A DNA stretch of 63,831 nucleotides, the filler included, from Octopus bimaculoides (taxonomy: Eukaryota): NCBI RefSeq assembly GCF_001194135.2. It is 4 parts of 4 records of this genome, joined end to end, with 100 filler letters (N's around TTAATTAATTAA, not from the genome) between each part and the next. Parts side by side here need not be neighbours in the genome. Positions count along the whole stretch, not along the records: positions 1 to 31,746 come from NC_068991.1; 3 more parts are not named here. The stretch is one strand, 5' to 3'. The notes beneath the pieces were generated by a model. That model was given only the letters and a program-made list of their open reading frames with translations, was not told the origin of the DNA and did no database searches. Numbering within the stretch: position 1 is the stretch's first letter; every line of letters starts with the position of its first letter. This document shows, in pieces, positions 12,607 through 23,459 of the stretch. Both the position numbers and the translations under genes were made by a program.

Positions 12607-13324
12607 NNNNNNNNNNNNNNNNNNNNNNNNNNNNNNNNNNNNNNNNNNNNNNNNNNNNNNNNNNNNNNNNNNNNNNNNNNNNNNNNNNNNNNNNNNNNNN
12701 NNNNNNNNNNNNNNNNNNNNNNNNNNNNNNNNNNNNNNNNNNNNNNNNNNNNNNNNNNNNNNNNNNNNNNNNNNNNNNNNNNNNNNNNNNNNNNNNNNNN
12801 NNNNNNNNNNNNNNNNNNNNNNNNNNNNNNNNNNNNNNNNNNNNNNNNNNNNNNNNNNNNNNNNNNNNNNNNNNNNNNNNNNNNNNNNNNNNNNNNNNNN
12901 NNNNNNNNNNNNNNNNNNNNNNNNNNNNNNNNNNNNNNNNNNNNNNNNNNNNNNNNNNNNNNNNNNNNNNNNNNNNNNNNNNNNNNNNNNNNNNNNNNNN
13001 NNNNNNNNNNNNNNNNNNNNNNNNNNNNNNNNNNNNNNNNNNNNNNNNNNNNNNNNNNNNNNNNNNNNNNNNNNNNNNNNNNNNNNNNNNNNNNNNNNNN
13101 NNNNNNNNNNNNNNNNNNNNNNNNNNNNNNNNNNNNNNNNNNNNNNNNNNNNNNNNNNNNNNNNNNNNNNNNNNNNNNNNNNNNNNNNNNNNNNNNNNNN
13201 NNNNNNNNNNNNNNNNNNNNNNNNNNNNNNNNNNGAGAGAGAGAAAGAGAGAGAGAGAGAGAGAAAGAGAGATATATATATGTGAACACACGCACACACA
13301 CATATATAAATGTATATATATATA

Positions 13325-13372
<48 letters not shown>

Positions 13373-14059
13373 GTATGTATGTATGTATGTATATATATAA
13401 AATGTCACTTTAATCCAAACAATATATATTATCTCTATATATAAAATTCCTTGTCTCTCTGTCTGTCTGTCACTTATTCTTTTCAAACTTGTTTGAATTT
13501 TCACTCTAATGTAATCCACACTCTCGAAAATGTATTTCTGCAAAATCTATAATACATTAAAAGTGAGCTTGAATTGTGCTTGCTTGCTTGCAATGTTACC
13601 TAGTCAAACTGGTGCATAATGGGAAAATACTATGAATTAAGTCCCCCCTGAAATGTGAATATGAACTGAGTAAAACAAGTTTCGCATAAATCGGACAAGT
13701 GGTTGTTGAGATATTAGGGGTTTTGGGGGTATAAATACACAGAACAGTGCATAATGGGAAAATATTCCGAAAATAACTTAACCCTGACAGGGAAGAAATT
13801 CTTACCTTTCGATTAGACACCGTGACTTGACAACAAAAAAATATGATTTGTTTTTTAAAGTATATGTTTCTATGTTTGCTTTTGTTAAACACAATATTTT
13901 AATCATTTAGAAATATTTTTAAGTGAATGTGATTTCAAAAATGTAAGCTGTTTGTACGGTAAATATTTATATTTTAGCTTTCTTTAAACAGACAATACTT
14001 TAATGTATTTTAAATTATTTTAAAGTGAATATCATTACAAAATATTTTCTGGCATATTA

Positions 14060-15728
14060 AAAAAATACTTTAAAGTGAAAATGACTTTAAAAATTCAGTA
14101 AACATTTCATTAAAGACCCATTTGTAACCTTGGTGTGAAATAATTTTTTTCCATAGGTTTTTTCGATTGCATTCAACACAGCTTACCTTCAAAGAGTTCC
14201 AAGGGTTCCACCAACCNNNNNNNNNNNNNNNNNNNNNNNNNNNNNNNNNNNNNNNNNNNNNNNNNNNNNNNNNNNNNNNNNNNNNNNNNNNNNNNNNNNN
14301 NNNNNNNNNNNNNNNNNNNNNNNNNNNNNNNNNNNNNNNNNNNNNNNNNNNNNNNNNNNNNNNNNNNNNNNNNNNNNNNNNNNNNNNNNNNNNNNNNNNN
14401 NNNNNNNNNNNNNNNNNNNNNNNNNNNNNNNNNNNNNNNNNNNNNNNNNNNNNNNNNNNNNNNNNNNNNNNNNNNNNNNNNNNNNNNNNNNNNNNNNNNN
14501 NNNNNNNNNNNAAACAAACCCGAAAGGCTTTGTAGGTTACGGAGAGAAAGCCACTATGGAAGTCTCTTAGTACAATAATAACTGTATAAAAATATGTCAT
14601 AACATGCAGAAGGACCCGGTTTCAATCAGGTTATAAACTTATAGCCTTAACATAGTTCTCTTTGCTTGTATTGTAATTTGACACCTTCCTTCTAGGCATG
14701 ATTAGGTAAATATTTCATAAAGGACCTGTTTGTACCTCAGTGTGAAATAAGTGCATTCACTGTATCTGACCCCTAAACTCACTGCAAGCTGATTGGGCCA
14801 AACACTCACCCATCAATTTCAGCCAAATTTTATGAATATATACTTCAACTGTCTAATACTACATACAATATTTGTAAACAAACCCGAAAGGCTTTGTAGG
14901 TTACGGAGAGAAAGCCACTATGGAAGTCTCTTAGTACAATAATAACTGTATAAAAATATGTCATAACATGCAGAAGGACCCGGTTTCAATCAGGTTATAA
15001 ACTTATAGCCTTAACATAGTTCTCTTTGCTTGTATTGTAATTTGACACCTTCCTTCTAGGCATGATTAGGTAAATATTTCATAAAGGACCCATTCATACC
15101 TCGGTGTGAAATAATTATTTTCTACGAGTTTTTTTGAGTGCATTCAATGTATTTGACGTCCAAACCTGCCACAAGCCTCTTTTTTCTGGAAAAGAAAGTG
15201 GGGGGAGGGGTCAAAAAATTATTTCACAGTGATATCTGTGGGTCCTTTATTGCAAATAGCTGTTACGTGGTAGTAGGGCGTGCTAGAAACAGTAACCAAA
15301 TCTCTCCTTTTCTGGGGAAAGGAGCCGTTTACATGTGATTTCGGTGTCACATTCATTGATAATTATACTTTTCCAGGTTATTTTGCAAATAACCTGGAAA
15401 AGAAGAAGAACAACTCATGAAACAAAACCCCATTGGTGGGTAACTCCGAGGCCCCCCCTTTCTTTTCCAGAAAAAGTGGCTAGCGGCGGGTTTGGAGGTC
15501 AGATATGTTGAATGCACTAAAAAAAACTTGTGGAAAATAATTATTTCACACTGAGGTATGAGCGGGTCTTTTACGAAATATTTACCTAATCCTGCTTAGA
15601 AGGAAGGTATCAAGTTACACTACAAGCAAAGAGTACTGTGTTAAGGCTATGAGCTTATAACCTGAGTGAAACTGGGTCCTTCTGCTTGTTATGATATATT
15701 GTTATATAGTTATTATTGTACTTAGAGA
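14060..15728. repeat. Long foldback element (internal inverted arms ~14930-15215 and ~15450-15728, with subrepeats); right arm resumes at 22371-22512
   Basis: 15450-15728 is the diverged reverse complement of 14930-15215, and 22371-22512 is the reverse complement of 14790-14930. Confidence 0.8.
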
Positions 15729-16147
15729 TATAGTAATCTGTGGTCAGTAGCTAAAATAGTTGAATGATCTATTTTGCAGAAAGTTTTATAGAGTATTCTC
15801 CCTTTAATAAGTTTCTCAAAACATCTTCGTCATGAGAAGTAATTCTTAATTATTCAAGAAGCTTCGCGTTTCTCTTGGAAGTTTCTAGAATGTCTAGCGT
15901 TCCATTAATAAAAACAGCTTGCTTGATCTGCTCTTTGCTTCTTAGTCAACAAGGCTCTGAGCCATTCACGTCATTACTATGCCTGTCTATTTCACTATGC
16001 CACATGACTGAAAGCCATCATTTAACTGTTATTTCTACGTTTCTGAACTTTCTTGCATAGATTACTTCATTCAACTAGATTCTACATTTTGATTATGTTT
16101 CATTGACAACCAATGAATAAAATATATTTTTATGTAGTAAATATATA

Positions 16148-17396
16148 TGTAGTGAAACTACCTACCGCCATTAGATACAAAACTGCTATCGTCATTCTTC
16201 TCATTTAAATATAAACAAACGCGAACGTAGGGGAAAACACCAGCCTTGTCATCACGTGACTGATTATTATTTGAAGCGGCAAATTCTTCGAACCTTTCCC
16301 GCCAGAACGCAAACTGACCAATCACAGCCCTTAATAAGGTCACGTGATGGTGTATATTTCTGATGTCTGGTGAGCCCCCTTAACGCTATAAATAGATCAA
16401 CTCATACCCACCAAATTTGTCTCGGTCCAGTTTCTCTTTGAGATCTGTTCCGTGTACCACACGACAGCAGCAGCAACAAATAGCCAGCGACCACTNNNNN
16501 NNNNNNNNNNNNNNNNNNNNNNNNNNNNNNNNNNNNNNNNNNNNNNNNNNNNNNNNNNNNNNNNNNNNNNNNNNNNNNNNNNNNNNNNNNNNNNNNNNNN
16601 NNNNNNNNNNNNNNNNNNNNNNNNNNNNNNNNNNNNNNNNNNNNNNNNNNNNNNNNNNNNNNNNNNNNNNNNNNNNNNNNNNNNNNNNNNNNNNNNNNNN
16701 NNNNNNNNNNNNNNNNNNNNNNNNNNNNNNNNNNNNNNCACACATCTCTGTCTTCGATTCTGTTAGGTGACTTAGCTTCACCACGATAATAAACAGACAA
16801 GAGATTTCAGCCTGCGATAAACGTCTGTCCTCAAGGCCCTGGCATCGAAGCCAAAACACAACTAGTGATAAGCTCTGCCATACGACGAACGACGAACATC
16901 TGTATAACAAGAATCACGGCCCGGCATCGATGCCACGACATCACAACTAGTGATCAGCTCTGCCACACTCAGCCAACTCACTTCACATACAGAACTTTAC
17001 CTATAGTGTACTAAAGAACTGGTATAATTGTTCACGTGTTACTGACTCTTTATATTTGCTGTAATAACTAACATACACACACATGTATCACTCACATACA
17101 TACTTTTCTTTGTATGACGGCCTGTCTTTGATTATGTTCTTATATGTCGCATTCACACTCTCTCACAGACATACGTCTTTAACGCCATAATAAATATCTC
17201 TGTTATTCATCTTATACGGTTGTGGTCTTTCATTACTGGTCATCTATGTTATCGTCGTATAACATATCATGTATATCATCATTGATATATAATATTGTTG
17301 TGTTCGACCGTGTGACACGTTTAAATAAAAGGAGTCCTCTGTTTTTCCATTCGTCACCATGTCTCCGTTTATGAGTTCGCACGGTCGTTCCTTACA
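16148..17396 (+). mobile_element. Solo LTR inserted into the 5' LTR of the host Gypsy, TSD TATA
   Basis: Begins TGTAGTG and ends CTTACA; TATA at 16144-16147 and 17397-17400; removing it restores a sequence collinear with the 3' LTR. Confidence 0.8.
16318..16394 (+). promoter_or_regulatory. LTR promoter module CCAAT - GGTCACGTGA E-box - TATAAATA
   Basis: CCAAT 16318, E-box 16338-16347, TATA 16387-16394; the same module recurs at 25696-25774. Confidence 0.6.
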
Positions 17397-17616
17397 TATA
17401 GTTCTTAAATTTATTCTTCTTCTTTGTAAGAATTCTTCTAATAATATACACACAGCCATTTCAATACTTGATACTGAACATATATTCTCACTACATAAAT
17501 TGGTGCCCAACCGACGTGGATCCTGAATTCTGGAGAATAAGTGGTCACCACATAAATTGGTAACCAACCGACGAGAGAATAATTTAGTATTATTCAGTTA
17601 TATTCTGATACTTTCC

Positions 17617-19130
17617 ATGTCACAATTTTCTTCAACTGAATTATCTTCAACTCATACGATGATGATATCTGCTATGAATCATCCAGTAATACCAATTTTT
17701 ACAGGAGATATCGCTGTTTGGTTTACCCAGTTAGAAGCATTTGTCTCGGCAAACAAACACAATTCAGACCAACAGCAGCTCTACATTTTACTTAGGTCTA
17801 TACCACTATCATTAACTGGAGGCAAGATATTATTACAGCTCTACCAGCAGATACAACGTACTCATCAATCAAAAATGAAATCTTATGACGAACTTCGCTC
17901 TCTTCCGAAAAGAAGTTCCGAAAACTTCTCAACGACGGGCATTTAGGAGACAGAACGCTATCGCAAATGCTCAGGAAAATGCGTCAGCTCACAGAGGACA
18001 ACCCTGCTGAAAGTAAGTTGCTTAAACAACTCTTTTGCTCCAGATTACCACAGTATGTTCAAGGTATGCTCACCCATTTGACTGACGTTAGCACAGTCGA
18101 CCAACTTGCAGCATCAGTAGATAAAATTTTGGAGTATACAAAATCTATTCCTGAACAGAACAAGTCTCCTTTGTCAGTTGCAACAGTTTCTTCTGAATTC
18201 AAAGAATTTCGTGAATCTACGCAGAGGACTATAGATAAGCTAGTCGCAGAAATTCGTCTCTTGCGTATCAATAGAAGTTCTTCACCTCATTGCTATCGTC
18301 GTTCTAATTCTCGTTCTCCCAGCAGATCAAAACCTTTTTGCTGGTATCATTATAAATTTGGTTCTACAGCTAAGAAATGTATTTCACCTTGTACATTTAA
18401 AACTCAGGAAAACAAAAAAGCCAAACTCTGAGCGTGACCGCAGTTCCTGGCATATTTTCTCCTAGTCGCGCATTTTTCATACTAGATTTAGAGTCTCAGA
18501 AGGAATTTCTAGTCGATTCCGAAGCATCCTGCAGTATATGGCCATCTAAATTTGTCAAAGAAAAATTTTTCGCTTCTGATATATCTCTTCAAACAGTCAA
18601 CAGCTCTCCTATTAAAACTTTCAGTAATATTTCATTCACACTGGATCTGAATCTCATACGAAGTTTCCAGTGGGTTTTTATCATTGCTGACCTTCCTCAC
18701 CCAATTTTAGAAGCTGATTTTCTCCATCATTTTTCACTATTAGTGGATGTCAAAAGAAAGAGACTTACCGATCGCATTACACAGTTATACGCTTTAGAAA
18801 GACATTTCAATTCCACTTCTGTCAGCCCACTATTTTTTATTGCAAATCAACCAGATAAATATCAAGCCTTGCTTCAATCCTTTCCTGAATTTAACTTTCA
18901 ATGTCAATGCTCCAGCACATACAAGTACTCATCAAATAACCACCAATGGATCTCCCGTTTTCTCATGTCCTAGATGTTTACCACTTGAAAAACTCAAAGC
19001 TGCTGAAGCAGAGTTCAGCCACATGCTCCAATTTGGAATAATTCGTCCTTCAAAGAGTAACTGGTCTTCACCACTTTATTTAGTGAAAAAGATATCTGGT
19101 GATTTTAGACCTACTGGTGACTATAGATTA
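17617..19130 (+). pseudogene. Frameshifted gag-protease-RT(N-term) of the 15729-22370 Gypsy
   Basis: FTGDIAVWFTQLEAF, LLKQLFCSRLPQYVQ, CWYHYKFGSTAKKCISPC (CHCC), FLVDSEASCSI (protease), IIRPSKSNWSSPLYLVKK..FRPTGDYR (RT). Confidence 0.9.
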
Positions 19131-19307
19131 AGAATAAACAGAAAAAGTACACAAATATATACGTCGGTTTCGTTTTTTTCACTTTAAAGGTGGTTATGTT
19201 ATTTTGTTGGAATTAATCCACCTTTAAAGTGAAAAAAAACCCAAAACCGACGTATACGACAGGTATGTAAAATATATTTGTGTACTTTTTCTGTTTATTC
19301 TTAATCT
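19125..19307. repeat. Two-stem near-perfect inverted repeat at the RT truncation point
   Basis: agattaagaataaacagaaaaagtacacaaatata / tatatttgtgtactttttctgtttattcttaatct, plus inner tacgtcggttt..ttttttcactttaaaggtgg / ccacctttaaagtgaaaaaaa..aaaccgacgta. Confidence 0.9.
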
Positions 19308-19329
19308 TCGTGTTTTTGCAAGATTGAAA

Positions 19330-19865
19330 AAAAAGTTTCGGAAAGCTAACATTTTAAAATTCTTCGGGAAGCGACACTATGATAGTTTCTATATTTAACC
19401 GTGCGTGTATATTCCTATTTTTGCTCCTGTTCTCTTCTACTTCTCTACTAGAAACGTTTACTTTGGAATTTACTTCTATTGAGAACAAAAAATCCTGTGC
19501 ATGTTATTTTTAACGAAAGTCTAGAAATCTACGGATGCACATACGCACATAANNNNNNNNNNNNNNNNNNNNNNNNNNNNNNNNNNNNNNNNNNNNNNNN
19601 NNNNNNNNNNNNNNNNNNNNNNNNNNNNNNNNNNNNNNNNNNNNNNNNNNNNNNNNNNNNNNNNNNNNNNNNNNNNNNNNNNNNNNNNNNNNNNNNNNNT
19701 TCCGAAAATTGTCCCCCACCCCCATTCCAAAACACTTTTTGTATATTCGGATTCTACATAGTAAATACTATATGCATAGAAAATTTCATTAAAAAATATT
19801 CATTTTTCTGAAAGTTATGACCTCCCAAAGTCTGGGGGGGGGGGTAAAACCCTGTAGTTATGCCA
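19330..19865. mobile_element. Half copy (centre plus one arm) of the long-TIR element at 22579-23459
   Basis: 19700-19865 matches 23300-23459 and ends ctgtagttatgcc; the centre is the reverse complement of 22945-23045. Confidence 0.85.
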
Positions 19866-20299
19866 ATTTTCCTACGTTAAAGTTTTTCATTTTGTCAATG
19901 ACTTCCAGAGCCTATAACCAAAGACTTATTTGCGGCTGAGACTTTTGTGGTTTTTCACACAAAAAATTTCACGGTTATTTCATCCTAACAACTTTTTGAG
20001 CAGTTTCCTACATGTTTCACGAGACGTCAATTCATTCTTACACAGCATCCTCTACTTGCTAAAAATAGCAGTAAAATGCACGGTCCCTACAGAGTGAAGC
20101 TAAGCTCACCAGCATCTGGAACAAATCTAGTCTGCTCTGCTGTTTATTGTTATTATTATTTGCTTTACCTGTGTATGTTTACACAAACCTGCTGCCAGTC
20201 ACTTTAACTTTCACCAGGCGATTAGCTCAACAACGAAAGTAAAGCAATTTTTCTCACCTTCGAATTTTAATGAACACCATTTTGATTCTTGCAAATAGC

Positions 20300-20319
20300 A
20301 GCAGCAACAACAACAAAAA

Positions 20320-20388
<69 letters not shown>

Positions 20389-20390
20389 AG
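20300..20390 (+). repeat. (CAA)/(CTA)n microsatellite
   Basis: Directly visible. Confidence 0.95.
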
Positions 20391-20639
20391 ATATTAATAA
20401 CTAAAGAAAACCTGCAGCAAAGATTTTTGACTTATGACTTTCCCCAAAATGAAGAAAATTGGAAAGGGTGCTTCAGGACAAGTGCGGCTGCAACGCCAAT
20501 CCATGGCAGGTACAACAAAGAGAGCCTATCAACATCATCACCATCACCAACAACTGCAGCAACAGCAGCAGCACTTACAGCAGTTAATTCAAAAGCTGCA
20601 GTCGAACAACAACAACAATATGGCTGTGTTGCCACAAAT

Positions 20640-21390
20640 GTATTATTCGTCCTATACACAGCAGCAACACCATCGACTACGAACTACAAGCATCACCCCC
20701 CGACGTCGCCAGCAGCAACACGACACTACGACTACCAGCGTCCCCAACAGCGTCAACATGACATCATTACCACCACACACACCACTGTCAACATCATTTC
20801 CACTACACACCAACCAACCAGCCAGTTCCAGCGACGACATCAACAGCATCGTTCAACTACGTACTACCAGCATCGTCGCCAACATGATTTCTCCAAGTAC
20901 ACAAGCAAGCGCGGTTTTTATCTCGACCCTGTTAGAGTGGATGTTTCCACTCACGATCAACACACCAGAACTAACCAGCCAGAATATTCCGTACCAGGTA
21001 ACACAGGTCCCAGCCAGCATCGACGCTCAACTACAGCTCTGCTCCTTGACCGCAACTTCCTGCGTATGAACATTCTATCTCCTTGTGGAATTTTAATACG
21101 AACTGGTTTTCTCCATCTCAGTGTTTTAAGACTTGTTCATAGTCTATGTTACAGACACTTTTACTATGTTCTGTGTTTTCTCTCTCACACACACATTGTG
21201 CACTCATATATTTTCTTTCCTTTCAGAAAAAAACAAAAAATCAGACTTTTACATCGCGTGATTCCAGTTTCCTGGACAGTTGTCATCACGGTTGTTTTGT
21301 CATTGTCAATTCATTTGTACATTGCATGCATGTATCTCACAAGTGTACATTCATTTCTTAGATTTTTTCCTTGTGTGTGTTTGTGCCACA
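20640..21390 (+). mobile_element. LTR-family fragment homologous to 25890-26348
   Basis: Shared blocks caagcgcggtt(t)ttatctcgaccctg, gaactaaccagc.agaatattccgta, aacttcctgcgtatgaacattctatctccttgtg. Confidence 0.8.
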
Positions 21391-21477
21391 TTTTGTGGTT
21401 GGTTTCGGTGGCCATCTTGCCTCAGGCGTCCCTCCAAATTTTCTATTTTCGTGCTTTTGGCACTCGAGGGGGAGCCA

Positions 21478-21720
21478 TGTAGTGACGCCTTTATAGCAGA
21501 CGACATTTTCGGAGTTTCTATTCACGCATGCGCAGGGACTAGTTCCGGTAGGAATACAGGAAGAGTCTCATGCGCATGCGTAGTCATCGATATCCAAACG
21601 TTCCCGCTTCTTTTCACTCTCTTTCTTCGCTGGCCGTCGAAGGGCCTGGACGTCGTCAAACAGCCCTCTCCAACATTCCAACTCTGGAGCTAGACAAATA
21701 ACCACAAACTCGGACTACCA
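21478..21720 (+). mobile_element. Short LTR preceded by PPT (gagggggagc); NRF1/ETS-motif-rich
   Basis: TGTAGTG...GACTACCA termini; acgcatgcgca 21524, tgcgcatgcgt 21571, ttccggt 21543; related LTR on minus at 26966-27273. Confidence 0.7.
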
Positions 21721-22578
21721 AAAACGATAGACATGTGTATTGGCCCAAAAAACATTTCTTACATTTGAACTGTGATATCGTGCCTATAATTTGACATTTT
21801 ATGATGTATAAATTTGTTATTTTCATTATTGTGTAACGTTAATTCTGCCAAGGGGGTGTGCAGTAATCTGTGGTCTGTAGCTAAAATAGTTGAATGATCT
21901 ATCTTGCAGAAAGTTTTATAGAGTATTCTCCCTTTAATAAGTTTCTCAAAACATCTGCGTCATGAGAAGTAATTCTTAATTATTCAAGAAACTTCGCGTT
22001 TCTTTTGGAAGTTTCTAGAATGTCTAGCGTTCCATTAATAAAAACAGCTTGTTTGATCCGGTCTTTGCTTCTTAGTCAACTAGGCTCAGCCATTCACGTC
22101 ATTACTATGCCTGTCTATTTCTCTATGCCACATGACTGAAAACCATCACTTAGCTGTTATTTCTACATTTCTGAACTTTCTTGCATAGATTACTTCATTC
22201 AACTAGATTCTACATTTTGATTATGTTTCATCGACAACCAATGAATAAAATATATTTTTATGTAGTAAATATATAGTTCTTAAATTTATTCTTCTTCTTT
22301 GTAAGAATTCTTCTAATAATATACACACAGCCATTTCAATACTTGATACTGAACATATATTCTCAGCACGGAGACTTCCATAGTGGCTTTCTCTCCGTAA
22401 CTTACAATACCTTTCGGGTTTGTTTACAAATATTGTATGTAGTATTAGACAGTTGAAGTATATATTCATAAAATTTGACTGAAATTGATGGGTGAGTGTT
22501 TGGCCCAATCAGATGTGCATAGAACCGTGTAAGCGTTGATATGTGGGTTTGAGTCTACAATGAGAGGTAGGGTTCTGG

Positions 22579-23459
22579 GGCATAACTACAGAGTTGTAGC
22601 CCCAGACTTTGGAAGGTCATAACTTTCAGAAAAATGAATATTTTTTAATGAAATTTTCTATGCATATAGTATTTATTATGTAGATTCCAAAATTCCAAAA
22701 GAGTCCACTTAAATTCTTCTTAACTTCCAGGAAAATGAATATTTTTTCGTGAAATTTTCTACAAATATACCTTGATGTATGTACATTTCGAAGGAAACAA
22801 CTGCAGGTTATTTTTGAGAAGCGTTCCCCACTCGGTGGTGTTTCGGAGCAAGTCGTCCATATTTGTTTCATTTTTCTCTATTATGTGCGTATGTGCACCC
22901 GTACATTTCTAATGAAGTAATAAGAAAAAAAGAGAGGCCGTCATAAGAAAACTTACGTTAAAAATAACATGCACACGATTTTTTTTTCTCAATAGAAGTA
23001 AATTCCAAAGTAAACGTTTCTAGTAGAAAAGTAGAAGAGAGCAGAAGCAGCGTATTACTTCATTACAAATCTACGGATGCACATACGCACATAATAGAGA
23101 AAAATGAAACAATTATAGACGACTTGCTCCGAAACACCACCGAGTCGGGAACACTTCTCAAAAATAACCTGCAGTTATTTCCTCAAAATTCCTACATGCT
23201 CGAAATGTACATACATCAAGGTATATTTGTAGAAACTTTCACGAAAAAATATTAATTTTCCTGGAAGTTAAGAAGAATTTAGGTGGACTCTGTTGGAATT
23301 TCCGAAAATTGTCCCCCACCCCCATTCCAAAACACTTTTAGTATATTCGGAATCTACATAATAAATACTATATGCATAGAAAATTTCATTAAAAAATATT
23401 CATTTTTCTGAAAGTTATGACCTTCCAAAGTCTGTGGGATACAACTCTGTAGTTATGCC
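22579..23459. mobile_element. Non-autonomous DNA transposon with ~340-bp TIRs and 8-bp TSD (MULE/Merlin-like foldback)
   Basis: Termini GGCATAACTACAGAGTTGTA / TACAACTCTGTAGTTATGCC; TSD GGTTCTGG at 22571-22578 and 23460-23467; no ORF. Confidence 0.9.

Larger units (their letters stand above)
15729..22370 (+). mobile_element. Ty3/Gypsy (CsRN1-type) element with both LTRs and 4-bp TSD GAGA; pol deleted after RT start and filled by nested inserts
   Basis: 5' LTR 15729-17495 (split by an insert) and 3' LTR 21859-22370 are near-identical; PBS tggtgcccaaccgacgtgg at 17501; PPT aaggggg at 21850; GAGA at 15725-15728 and 22371-22374. Confidence 0.88.

Noticed and set aside
14512-15090. 364-bp-period tandem duplication (14512-14727 = 14876-15090)
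   Set aside because: The first copy abuts a gap and is apparently identical over ~215 bp, so it may be an assembly overlap. Not claimed without reads.
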